This document shows positions 19,301 to 28,655 of a DNA stretch of 56,337 nucleotides, one piece after another. The notes beneath the pieces are model-generated. The model had not been told where the DNA came from. It saw only the letters and a program-made list of their open reading frames with translations, and did not search any database. The translations under genes and the position numbers were made by a program. The stretch comes from a virus. Lineage: Duplodnaviria > Caudoviricetes. The stretch spans positions 1 to 56,337 of IMG/VR virus record IMGVR_UViG_3300047308_000211. One strand, written 5' to 3'. Positions within the stretch are counted from its first letter, which is position 1; every line of letters begins with the position of its first letter.

Positions 19301-21083
19301 TGAAAGTTTGGGTACAACTTCACAAGCATCTTGGAATACTCTTGCAGGTACTAGTGGTCTTGTGTATGCAATAGGTGATGGATTTGAAGCAAAAGTTATT
19401 GGTGGAGCATCAGGTAATGGTACTGCAAAGTACTGTCCTAAATTTACTTATAACGGAGTTGTAAGTAATACTCAAAGTGTAATGGATACTTTACGAGATA
19501 TCTGTGCAGCTGGTAAAGCCAGTCCAACATATATTGATGGTAAATGGGGTGTGATTATTGATACTCCTCGCTCGCATACAGTTCAGCACTTTACTGAACA
19601 TAATAGTTGGGGCTTTGAGTCAACAAAAATATTGCCTGTTTTACCACACGCTTTCCGTGTTAACATCAACGATGAAAGTAACTCTTACCAAGCCCGTGAA
19701 ATTGTTGTGTATAATTACGGATATGGACCTATAGCTAGCGGAAACACAAAAGGTGCGGAGTTGTTTGAACAACTAAATTTACCTGGTGTAACCAATGAAG
19801 ATCAAGCTATTCGTTTAGCTAGATGGCATTTTGCGCAACTTAAATTACGCCCAGAAACTTACACACTTAATGTAGATTTTGAACACTTGGTGTGTACTCG
19901 TGGCGATAAAGTAAAAGTTAGTCACAGTGTTCCACAATGGGGAGTTGGTAATGGGCGTTTGGGTTCTGGTGTTGGAGACAGTATTACTGGTACTACACTG
20001 ATTTTACGCGAACCAATACCTTTAACTTCTGGCACTTCATATACAATATTGATTCGTACTAATGGTTTAACAAATACTACGGGTAGTGGTAGTGTACTAA
20101 GAACTTTTACGCACAGTGGAACAACTGGATATACAACCTCAATTACAGTTCCAAATATAGCTTTAAATGATGGTGTAGAGTCTGATAACTTATTTATGAT
20201 AGGTTTAAGTACTACTACAACACAAGAATGTATTGTTACAGGAATTGAGCCAAGCGGTAATTATAGTGCTAGATTAACGTTAGTTGATTATTCACCAGAT
20301 ATTTATACTATGGATTTAAGTAGTTTACTTACTTATAACCCTAGTATAACTACTACTAATATTCCGTTAATAAAGAATACTATTACTAAATCACCTATTA
20401 TTAATAATGTAACAAGTGATAGCGTACAGAGTAATCAAATTGCATCAGGAAGTTATCAAAATAGAGCTATTGTTTCTTTTACAAATCCAAAAGATTTGCC
20501 TGCAATAGCTACTCGTGTACAGTTTGATATTATTGAAGGAAGCGTCCCTACTTTCGACTCTAATCCAGGTGAAACACATATTGTTAACAAAGAGACTAGT
20601 AGTTATACTTTTGATGGATTAGTTTCCGGATTAAAGTATAAAATACGTGCAAGATATTTAGGTAACACTAATGAAATTGCAGGACCTTGGTCTATAGATT
20701 ATGCTTTTACCAATGATGGTAAAAATAAAAACTTTAATATACCTCCACAATTAGTAGTAGATTTAGAAACTACTTATATTGTTTTAGATCCAATTACTGT
20801 AGAAGACCAACCAAAAGACTTTAAAGCTTATGCTTATAAGCTTTATAGAGATAACGGAACTGCAGACCTATGGGACACAGAACCAGTCATTCCAGAAGTA
20901 CAAAGTCAAGGACAAGGTAGATTAAATTTACTAGACGTACCTTTGACTGTTTCTGGAACAGCAACTCCAAGAATTACTGAAGCTGGTATTAATTATCGAA
21001 TAGCTTGTAGAATATTGGATAAAACTAATAACTACAGTGAAACAAGTTCATATGCCTCTATACTTGTTAGAAACATTGTTTAA
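16368..21083 (+). CDS. Central tail tip / host-specificity protein with N-terminal NlpC/P60 domain
   Basis: YIGLPY..GR...GVDCWGL...HVGVY...FLH (NlpC/P60); then IPVVLG, FPEG and TNNPA tip-protein motifs, a PA14-like insert and an FN3-like C-terminal part. Confidence 0.85.
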   Translation: MNYDKYIGLPYLDNGRTEAGVDCWGLARVFYKNEYDIDLPSYVDEYIGGTDPYIVEAVNLYKDNWEEITTPDIGDLCLFNIFGEPMHVGVYVGDNKFLHCRRGSDSVIESLNNVKWKNRFQGFYAYAPQAQVQAVGAPHPLKLRVYRDWTAEGTTIKDFVEFVKNKYTVGTELVGRIVIMLDGVVIPRTDWETTRVKAGQELSYKTIAQGNSTTRMLIMIAAFIITGYTPTGSELTLGQTVGGMVPGVSAANAQLVGSLIISSSAMILSNVIAPIRPPTTNNPGSANALNLLTGQANQSNLYNSIPVVLGKVRFSGMLGATPYVESLTETNILNTAIVWGFGPLAVDDICIGAKPILDFYSGEPTSVVRPVTVQGFAKNYVAGGIADSFNNLYGRDVDQKTVNLELTNNASNISGTNTSTSRWQQIDLDQVSDAVDIVLSFPEGMRKINTKTGTVGATSCKLEIQMRKYSIAPWLENDASSAIGIYDYTSSDATAYSLFELVPPYDPDSDGTTLYRYTTFCLSPNGGAVRLDGAVTDILGANASAGLQAKYAQTGYNSLLGTYSTKGYLPEIPPGYLPLYTFYQNTNGTYTMWTNYITGYSGVDRLGWSDVSGTEQIGSGEDVTWTTPAIKTIKIESGRVYSLSSGADPSASEVEIWSTLNALSASGVVRKSNGGKWGDFLKTYGIWGTAYSTPAPSGYGGSWVKIIENVNFPYDGYYTVEAAADDQGEILIDGVRAVQVPKSGTGNMIDSIKGLIKLKAGTHNVTLSGVDNQSNDMGIAAKITYFANNGVNLRASPNTILTFGEGAWFEKRKDAFNWVHSVENLERAKWQIRVRRTNSDETEDEVDQKKFHKAVLSNVVGYDNQQQPMLNPPGCYLAKTAVRVQSTNKINGQIDGINALVQTITWDYDRTAGTWENLRATNNPASLFAYVLMHPANAFRITPSNIDLVSLTAWHNFCNPIPQIVNTPNVEKGKYYTIESLGTTSQASWNTLAGTSGLVYAIGDGFEAKVIGGASGNGTAKYCPKFTYNGVVSNTQSVMDTLRDICAAGKASPTYIDGKWGVIIDTPRSHTVQHFTEHNSWGFESTKILPVLPHAFRVNINDESNSYQAREIVVYNYGYGPIASGNTKGAELFEQLNLPGVTNEDQAIRLARWHFAQLKLRPETYTLNVDFEHLVCTRGDKVKVSHSVPQWGVGNGRLGSGVGDSITGTTLILREPIPLTSGTSYTILIRTNGLTNTTGSGSVLRTFTHSGTTGYTTSITVPNIALNDGVESDNLFMIGLSTTTTQECIVTGIEPSGNYSARLTLVDYSPDIYTMDLSSLLTYNPSITTTNIPLIKNTITKSPIINNVTSDSVQSNQIASGSYQNRAIVSFTNPKDLPAIATRVQFDIIEGSVPTFDSNPGETHIVNKETSSYTFDGLVSGLKYKIRARYLGNTNEIAGPWSIDYAFTNDGKNKNFNIPPQLVVDLETTYIVLDPITVEDQPKDFKAYAYKLYRDNGTADLWDTEPVIPEVQSQGQGRLNLLDVPLTVSGTATPRITEAGINYRIACRILDKTNNYSETSSYASILVRNIV

Positions 21084-21092
21084 AGGAGTAAT

Positions 21093-24011
21093 ATGTCAGC
21101 AACATTATCTGCAGGCGTAAGTTCATTAATATTAAAGTTAGATACCCCTTATGATCGCGTGCGTAATACAGATGCGCGCGACGATCTAGAAAAAGTACGA
21201 GTTTGGTGTTCTACTACTCCTAATTTTGTTCCTTCAGATTCTAATAAAGTATTCGATGCTTTAAGTTTATCTATAGTTATAGCAAAAATAACCATAGACG
21301 GTACTACATTTACTTCACTAGTACCTGGTACAACATATTATCTTAAATATGCTTTTATTAGTGCTATTGATGATGTTAGTACTACAGCATATACTATTTC
21401 TAGTGAATTAAGTGCTACTCCCATAGTAGCCTCAGCCCAAACTGTTGATATTTCCGGATTTACTGCATTTAGCAAAACAGGTACTACTTTTACGCCAGCA
21501 ACAGCAACATTAACAGCTGTACTTAATGGAATTACTACTCCACAATATGCCTGGACAATTACTGGCGGAACACTATCTGCAACAAATACTGCAGCAGTCC
21601 AGGTAACACCTGCTGCCGACGCTACATCTATATCTGTTACATTAAGTGTAACAGGTGTAGGTTTAACTACGCCTATTACTAAAACAATAGTAATGGCTAT
21701 TGTAAATAGCGGTACTGCTGCACAAACAATTGATATTTCAGGCTACAGCGCTTTTGTAAAAAATGTTTTAGGTACAGCACTTACTCCACCAAATGCAACA
21801 TTAACTGCAGTAACAAACGGCATACTTAGTCCACAATATACCTGGACAATTACAGGAGGAACCTTATCTTCTAGTAATACTGTGTCTACAACAGTAACAC
21901 CTAGCTTAAGTGCAACTTCTGTATCTGTTACACTAAGCGTAACAGGTACGGGATTAACTACGCCTATTACTAAAACAATTGTTATGGTAGTTGCTAGTAG
22001 CGGCATTACAGGTAATTCTGTGTATGTAGCTACTATATATAAGCAAAGTGCAACTGACCCTAATCCTCCAACTGCCACAACTAGCTCATATAATTTTAGT
22101 ACTAATGTACTAACTGGGCCAGGCGATGGTTGGTTAACTATTCAGCCCGCTACAACTACTACTCCTACTTGGGCTTGTGACTATACTTTTGTAGGTGCTC
22201 CTACAGCTACAGTTACGGGTGTAGGTAATTGGGGACCTACATACATTGAAGCAGTTAATGGTGCGAATGGCGAATATCGCGATGTTATAGAGTTATACTT
22301 AGCTGCAGACCAGGCCCCAACTAAACCAAATTCTGTTGCTTATACTTTTTCTGGAAATACTGCAGTTGTAACTGGCGGAACTGCTGGTTGGAGCCTTACT
22401 CAACCAGCTACAACTACTATACCTACATATATAACAAAAAGTTTAGCAACTACTACTACTCCTACTCTACCTGTAACTTTAACAACTTGGACAACTCCAT
22501 TAATTGTTGCACAAAACGGCGGTAAAGGAGATACAGGTATTAGCATCGCCTCGGTTACCAATTACTATCTAGCTTCTGCTAGTGCATCTGGCGTTACTAC
22601 AGCAACAGCGGGGTGGACAACAACTGTAGCAACCACAAACGCTACACTAAAATATCTATGGAACTATGAAGTTATAGGCTATAGCTCTGGATCCCCAACA
22701 AGCTCAGTTCCTGCAATAATTGGAATGTTCTCTGTAGATGGTGTAGGTATTAGTTCTGTTGTTGAGTATTTTGCAGTTAGTAGTAGTAATACTGTAGAAC
22801 CCACAGTATGGGTAACTACCCCGCCTCTTACCAGTACAATCAATAAGTATCTATGGAACTATGAAACCGTTACATACACCAACGGCACTACTACTAGCAC
22901 TGCTAAACGAATTATTGGAACACACGGGGATACTGGAAGCAGTATTGAAGTCCAGTACTCAGAAGACGGCAGTACTGGATGGTCTGCAACTCCTACCAAT
23001 CTTAGTAAATGGATCAGAATTAATACTATTACAAATGGTGTTACTACAGAAGGTGTTGCTAAAAAATATATTCCTACACTAGGTGTTGAGTATACTGTTG
23101 TCGACGGTAAGACAACTTATGTACATATTAAATATAGTAACGATGCAGGAACTACCTTTACTACTAGTAATGGTGAAGACCCTGGAGAATATATAGGTAT
23201 TCTTACCAATTTTACAGCCACAGATTCTAATACCCCCGGCGATTATACTTGGTCAAGAATCAAAGGTCAGCCAGGTATAAATGGTACTGGTCTACAAGTT
23301 GAATACTCTCCTAATGGTACTACCGGATGGGTTTCTACCCCTACTGTGGCTAGTAAGTATATTAGAGTTAATACAGTAGCTGCTAATGGTACTATAACAT
23401 ATGGTATTGCTCAAAAGTATATACCAGAAGTAGGAATAGATTATACTGTAACTAACGGGCAAACTAGTTATTTACATATTAAATACAGTAACAATGGCGG
23501 AGTTACTTTTACCGGACTTAATGGAGAAACTACTGGCGACTACATTGGTACACTAACCGATTTTAACGCTGTAGACTCAAGCACCCCTGGAGACTATACC
23601 TGGGCTAAGATAAAGGGTGAGTCAGGTACTGGAACAGCAGGTGCTTCTAATCACCGTGCTTATAAGGCTTTTACTACTACATCTCCACCAACAGCACCAC
23701 CAGATCCTACTACTAGTGGGGCAACACCTGCTACTTGGTCTGCAATCCCTGTTGCTATAGCAGTAGGACAGGCACAGTATCAAACTGATGGAGTAACTCC
23801 TGCAGGCAGTACAACTACTACTTGGAATACTCCATATTTAAGTTATTTTAAAGTAGCTAATTTGGAAGCAATTACTGCAAGCACAGGTAACTTAAATGTT
23901 ACTGGTACTATTACAGTTGATAATGATGCCACTGGTAGCGTAGTGATTGATAATGGTAGTATACGAATCTATAACGGAACTGCTTTACGAGTTAAACTAG
24001 GAAGATTATAA
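21093..24011 (+). CDS. Tail fibre-like protein built from duplicated modules
   Basis: Thr-rich; four module types each present twice; C-terminal IRIYNG..LRVKLGRL typical of tail tip fibres. Confidence 0.75.
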   Translation: MSATLSAGVSSLILKLDTPYDRVRNTDARDDLEKVRVWCSTTPNFVPSDSNKVFDALSLSIVIAKITIDGTTFTSLVPGTTYYLKYAFISAIDDVSTTAYTISSELSATPIVASAQTVDISGFTAFSKTGTTFTPATATLTAVLNGITTPQYAWTITGGTLSATNTAAVQVTPAADATSISVTLSVTGVGLTTPITKTIVMAIVNSGTAAQTIDISGYSAFVKNVLGTALTPPNATLTAVTNGILSPQYTWTITGGTLSSSNTVSTTVTPSLSATSVSVTLSVTGTGLTTPITKTIVMVVASSGITGNSVYVATIYKQSATDPNPPTATTSSYNFSTNVLTGPGDGWLTIQPATTTTPTWACDYTFVGAPTATVTGVGNWGPTYIEAVNGANGEYRDVIELYLAADQAPTKPNSVAYTFSGNTAVVTGGTAGWSLTQPATTTIPTYITKSLATTTTPTLPVTLTTWTTPLIVAQNGGKGDTGISIASVTNYYLASASASGVTTATAGWTTTVATTNATLKYLWNYEVIGYSSGSPTSSVPAIIGMFSVDGVGISSVVEYFAVSSSNTVEPTVWVTTPPLTSTINKYLWNYETVTYTNGTTTSTAKRIIGTHGDTGSSIEVQYSEDGSTGWSATPTNLSKWIRINTITNGVTTEGVAKKYIPTLGVEYTVVDGKTTYVHIKYSNDAGTTFTTSNGEDPGEYIGILTNFTATDSNTPGDYTWSRIKGQPGINGTGLQVEYSPNGTTGWVSTPTVASKYIRVNTVAANGTITYGIAQKYIPEVGIDYTVTNGQTSYLHIKYSNNGGVTFTGLNGETTGDYIGTLTDFNAVDSSTPGDYTWAKIKGESGTGTAGASNHRAYKAFTTTSPPTAPPDPTTSGATPATWSAIPVAIAVGQAQYQTDGVTPAGSTTTTWNTPYLSYFKVANLEAITASTGNLNVTGTITVDNDATGSVVIDNGSIRIYNGTALRVKLGRL

Positions 24012-24328
24012 TGCCAGTTTATGGTTTACAAACATTTAAAAGCGATGGTACTACTGTAGTCCTACAAAACTCCACTAAAAGTGGAGTTTTCGGAACATCA
24101 TATAGTTTAGCTAAAAGTGGTACTGCTGGATTACAAACAGTTGTAGAATTTCCAGAGTATACAGGTAGGAGTATTAGACCTATGCAACTTAGACCTGGTG
24201 GACACACTTGGTATGTTGGAGTAGTTAACAATATTCCCCGAATAACTTTTACAGAGAATTCAGCAATTGGTGTTACCAGCGCTAGTTTTTACTATGAAGA
24301 TACAGTTCTATATATTTTTGTTAAATAA
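24011..24328 (+). CDS. Small tail tip accessory protein
   Basis: N-terminal YGLQTF.SDG motif common in genes following the tip fibre; translationally coupled to the upstream gene. Confidence 0.55.
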   Translation: MPVYGLQTFKSDGTTVVLQNSTKSGVFGTSYSLAKSGTAGLQTVVEFPEYTGRSIRPMQLRPGGHTWYVGVVNNIPRITFTENSAIGVTSASFYYEDTVLYIFVK

Positions 24329-24336
24329 GGATACCC

Positions 24337-27300
24337 ATGACCTACGGTCTACGAATAATAAACGATGATAGCGAGCTGTTGATTGATAGTGAATATCTTA
24401 ATCCTACGTTTGTACAAAAATTAGAGTTTGATACAACTGCTACACTTGTAGAAGCCGCAAGTGGATTTATACATCCAGGATACATTAGAAGAGAATATAA
24501 AACTACAAATACTGTATCGATGGGTGTAGCTGGAATGGCCTATGTAGTAATGTGGACTTTGCCAGATAATGGTGCTAACGACATTTATTATAACTTTGAT
24601 AGTTCTGTAGCATATTTAACTGAAAAACTTACTTGCTATGTCTATGCTAACTCTACTGGTGCTGCATTAACTTATACGCTACCTACTGCGTATGTTTTTG
24701 CAGTAACTGCCGCGGGTATTAATAGTTTAACATCAACAGGCCATGCACTGCGTATGTATAACAGTGCTGGACAAAAAACTTTTGACAGTAATTTTGTACA
24801 ACTAGCGCCTTATAGTATTAGTGATACATTTGCATTTTCTGTATCAGGAGCAAATGTAAATAATTATGGAACTACTCCAGTTTCTATTAGTTTATCAGTA
24901 CCTAGTAATCCGATATTTATGTTACCGGATTTTCATGCATTAAGAGTAAATAAAGGCCCTACAAATAGTATTGCCCATCAAGAATATTTGTACGAACCTG
25001 CTTTTAAAAGAGTAGGTAGTACACTATATAGTAGGTTGTATGTTGTAGATTACTACAACGAAGACTATGCTTGGCCCTTAACCCAAACAACTTTTACTAG
25101 TGGTAATAATAATCAATTATCTATTATAGTAGCAGATGCTAATTTATATGAAGCTGTATCTGCTGGCGGAGGTGGGGGCGGTTCTAATCCAACTTACACA
25201 CTTTCTTCAGACTATAGTTCAAGAAATGAAGGAACTACGGTAGTAGTTACTTTAAATACCACCTTAGTAGCTAATTATACAGAATTTTTCTACACTGTTA
25301 CTGGGATTTCAGCAGCTGATTTAAGTGCTGGAGGCATAACTGGTAAATTTGTAATTGTTAATAATACAGCTAGTGCTAGTTTTACGTTTGCAAACGACTT
25401 ATCAACAGGAGAAGGTACTGAAACATTTCTTTTAACACTTGACGGTTTAACTCAATCTGTAGGCGTTGTAGTCAACGACACTAGTAAAGCGGGAGTATAT
25501 AGTTGGAGTACTCCTGGAAATGTTAACGAAGGTGCAACAGGATACACTACTTTTAATGCTACAAATGCTAATGGTAAAACCGTAACTTTTGGTGTAGTTG
25601 CCCCACTAGCAGGCGTAACTATTTCTGGATCAAGTGATGGAGCACTACTAACAGGTAGTTGGACAGTTAGTGGAGATGCTGCTACTTCTATAAATGTACA
25701 GTATTCTGCAGTAGCAGACGCATCAACTGAAGGCCCTGAAGCTTTTAGGCTTGTGGCAACAGTAGACGGAGTCACTTATACTAGTGACGATATTATTGTA
25801 AATGATACTAGTAAAACTATTGGATACTCACTTTCAGCTGCTGATAATTGGAATGAATCTAATTCTTATTCTGTAACTGTTAGTGCAAATAACGTTAATG
25901 GCACAACACTATATTTAACTACAGATAATGCCTTAGTAGTACCAAGTTCAAGTACAGTAACAGTAAACTCAGATAGTTTTACAAACAACGTTACTTTTAC
26001 AACAGGAATAGCTACAGCAAGTGCCAGTGTAAGAATAAGTCTTAGAACTGGAAGTACGGCCGGAACCGAAGTAGCTTTTAAAACCATTACTTTAGTTAAT
26101 GTTACGCCCTCATATAGTTTTGGTACAACATCAGCCTTTAGTGAAGGTGCAAGTGGTTCTGTACAATTTAATTATAGTTATGCAGCTAATACAGCAATAA
26201 CATTTGAAATAACTGCGCCCAGTAGTGGAGCAAGCGGGGCATCAGACGCTACTTTAAATACTACTACTCATAGTGTAGGAGCAACAAACAATGCCGGAAG
26301 TGTAAGTGTAACATACTCAGCAGCGGCGGATGTTTTCACAGAAGGCCCAGAATATTTTAGAATAAATGCAAAGGTAGCTGGATCTGTTGTTGCAACAAGC
26401 GGAGACATTACTATTAATGATACTTCTACCACCCCTACACCAACCTATAGCCTTACTAGATCTGTTGCAAGTGTTAATGAGCCAGGAAGCTTTTCAATTA
26501 CTTTTGCTACAAATCAAACAGGCAGTTTTAATTATACTATAAGTGGAGTTAATTCTGCAGATATTGCTGGAGCTAGTTTATATGGTTCAGTTAGTAATGG
26601 TAGCGTACTAAATTATAGTGTAACTGCTGATGCAGCCACAGAAGGCACAGAAACTTTTACTATTGCTTTAGACAACGGTCAAGCTTCTACAAGCGTAACT
26701 ATTAATGATACTTCATTATATCCTGGTTATGGTACACTTGTAAATGCTTATTGTCTTAGTTATAGCTCGCCTTTTACATATAGACAAGTTTATAACGACG
26801 GCTATGGTGGTACATACAATGTAGATACTGTTAACAGTGCTACCTGTGGTTATGTTGTAACTTATTCACTTGTACGATCTGCTTCAAGCGTAAGTGAGGG
26901 AGGTAGTTTTACTATTACCTTAAACACCAATCAAGCTGGAGGTTTTGGTTATACTATCACCGGAGTTAACTCCGCAGATCTTAGTGGAGCTAGCCTTACT
27001 GGTACACTGTATAATGGTGATGTGCTTTCATATAGTGTAGCAGCTGATGCAGCCACAGAAGGCACAGAAACTTTTACCATTACTTTAAATAATCAAGCAG
27101 CTACTACTTCAGTAACTATTTCTGATACTTCAGTATATCCTGCCTATGGTACTCTTGTAAGTGCTTCTTGTCTTACTTATAGCTCGCCTTATACGTACCG
27201 ACAAGTTTATAATAATGGTAGTGGCGGTACATACAATGTAGATACTAATAATAGTACTACTTGTGGCTATGTAGCACCTACTCCCTACGGTACTTATTTA

Positions 27301-28089
27301 AGCTATTATTGTGCTGGTGGAAATGGATATAGCTTATATTATCGTTACGCTGATGGCAATTATAGTTATTATGATGTATTACAAGCTAATAATAGTGCTA
27401 CTTGTGGTTATGTAGCACCAGCATATAGCATAGGCAATACTTGGACTACTTTAGGAAATGGTGCTGGACCAAACTTTTATTTCTATGCCACAAACGCAAA
27501 TGGTACATACGTTACTGTTAGTGCAAGTGGACCAGGAGCTAGTCGCGTTACTATAAGCCCCACTACTTTTACAGTTAGTGGAAGTAGTTTTCTTACGTAT
27601 ATTCAAGTAACTGCAAGCCTTCCCAGTAGCGCAACTCCAGCACAAAGTTGCACAATTAGTTTAAGTACTGGACAGTCATTTACTTTTACAATAGCTGAAG
27701 TTACAGCTCAGATACCATGGGTAACTTCTGTGGTAGATACTATGTATAACGACATTTACTATAATGGAGAAACAATCACCTACGCAATTAATATGAGTAG
27801 TTCAATAACTCCAACTACTATAGTACGTGTTGCTGTCTGGATAAATGTTTTAGCAAATGGTACGGGTGGTCAAGAATCAGGATACAATGATTTTACAGGT
27901 GGACAACCTATTAGTGGCATTAATGGTTTCTTCCCACTTGGTACTTTAGATGGATATTATACTACAAATCCAAATGCTGGATATAATTTTAGAGTAATGG
28001 TTAAGGCTAGAACAATTAGTCCTGGTAATGTTCAGTCAACTTATGTTAATGGTACTGTACGTCGGCTAAGCTCCAATCCGCCTCCATAA
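24337..28089 (+). CDS. Putative receptor-binding/adhesin protein with Calx-beta/Ig-like repeats
   Basis: N-terminal YGLRIINDD..LLIDS; repeated EG.E.F...L...(I/V)NDTS Ig-like units; three Cys-pair YGT...C...TCGY repeats. Confidence 0.65.
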   Translation: MTYGLRIINDDSELLIDSEYLNPTFVQKLEFDTTATLVEAASGFIHPGYIRREYKTTNTVSMGVAGMAYVVMWTLPDNGANDIYYNFDSSVAYLTEKLTCYVYANSTGAALTYTLPTAYVFAVTAAGINSLTSTGHALRMYNSAGQKTFDSNFVQLAPYSISDTFAFSVSGANVNNYGTTPVSISLSVPSNPIFMLPDFHALRVNKGPTNSIAHQEYLYEPAFKRVGSTLYSRLYVVDYYNEDYAWPLTQTTFTSGNNNQLSIIVADANLYEAVSAGGGGGGSNPTYTLSSDYSSRNEGTTVVVTLNTTLVANYTEFFYTVTGISAADLSAGGITGKFVIVNNTASASFTFANDLSTGEGTETFLLTLDGLTQSVGVVVNDTSKAGVYSWSTPGNVNEGATGYTTFNATNANGKTVTFGVVAPLAGVTISGSSDGALLTGSWTVSGDAATSINVQYSAVADASTEGPEAFRLVATVDGVTYTSDDIIVNDTSKTIGYSLSAADNWNESNSYSVTVSANNVNGTTLYLTTDNALVVPSSSTVTVNSDSFTNNVTFTTGIATASASVRISLRTGSTAGTEVAFKTITLVNVTPSYSFGTTSAFSEGASGSVQFNYSYAANTAITFEITAPSSGASGASDATLNTTTHSVGATNNAGSVSVTYSAAADVFTEGPEYFRINAKVAGSVVATSGDITINDTSTTPTPTYSLTRSVASVNEPGSFSITFATNQTGSFNYTISGVNSADIAGASLYGSVSNGSVLNYSVTADAATEGTETFTIALDNGQASTSVTINDTSLYPGYGTLVNAYCLSYSSPFTYRQVYNDGYGGTYNVDTVNSATCGYVVTYSLVRSASSVSEGGSFTITLNTNQAGGFGYTITGVNSADLSGASLTGTLYNGDVLSYSVAADAATEGTETFTITLNNQAATTSVTISDTSVYPAYGTLVSASCLTYSSPYTYRQVYNNGSGGTYNVDTNNSTTCGYVAPTPYGTYLSYYCAGGNGYSLYYRYADGNYSYYDVLQANNSATCGYVAPAYSIGNTWTTLGNGAGPNFYFYATNANGTYVTVSASGPGASRVTISPTTFTVSGSSFLTYIQVTASLPSSATPAQSCTISLSTGQSFTFTIAEVTAQIPWVTSVVDTMYNDIYYNGETITYAINMSSSITPTTIVRVAVWINVLANGTGGQESGYNDFTGGQPISGINGFFPLGTLDGYYTTNPNAGYNFRVMVKARTISPGNVQSTYVNGTVRRLSSNPPP

Positions 28090-28110
28090 ACCTAAACTTT
28101 CGCAAAAACT

Positions 28111-28145
28111 ATACCCTGTCCATTCTTTGGGCAGGGTATTTTTTT
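28111..28145 (+). terminator. Intrinsic terminator
   Basis: ATACCCTGTCCA / TGGGCAGGGTAT stem followed by a T-tract. Confidence 0.85.
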
Positions 28146-28148
28146 GCA

Positions 28149-28177
28149 TTGACAACTCTGCGCCCTTGTGGTATAAT
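28149..28177 (+). promoter_or_regulatory. Consensus sigma70 promoter starting the second fibre operon
   Basis: TTGACA (28149-28154), 17 bp, TG-n-TATAAT (TATAAT 28172-28177). Confidence 0.88.
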
Positions 28178-28300
28178 ATACCAAAATGTCAGAACATTCC
28201 AATATTTTTTCTTGACAAGCTTTTAACTAGATCTAAAAGGCGTCTCAGCCGTTTGGATTATAATTAAATATTAAACACCTGCTAATAAGGAGATCTGATT

Positions 28301-28651
28301 ATGGTGGAGATAGATAACCACAGTTTCATACAGACCGTTTCACTAGTTGCGTTAGCAGTTGTTGCTTTCTCAGTTGGAATTCAGAAGTTGCTAAAAGACT
28401 GGAAAAGTACTAATGCTGAAACTAGCGTTATTACATTAATGCATACAGAGCTAGAGCGTATGAGTGAACAAAACGGCTTACTAGCAACCGAATTAAATCG
28501 CTTACAGCAAGAAATGATTTTATTAAATTCACAACTAGCACAGTTGTGCATTGAAAATCAGCAACTACAAACAGAAGTTGTTGCACTAACCGAAGAAGTT
28601 AATAAGTTTAGAATATCGGCTACGCTTGCAGCAGCAAAGAAAGTAAGGTAA
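28301..28651 (+). CDS. Membrane-anchored coiled-coil protein (possible holin-like)
   Basis: Single hydrophobic segment TVSLVALAVVAFSVGI, then heptad coiled coil and a basic C-terminus; TAAGGAG RBS. Confidence 0.5.
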   Translation: MVEIDNHSFIQTVSLVALAVVAFSVGIQKLLKDWKSTNAETSVITLMHTELERMSEQNGLLATELNRLQQEMILLNSQLAQLCIENQQLQTEVVALTEEVNKFRISATLAAAKKVR

Positions 28652-28655
28652 TATA

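Noticed and set aside
28212-28240. Second TTGACA downstream of the 28149 promoter
   Set aside because: No acceptable -10 hexamer at 16-18 bp spacing.
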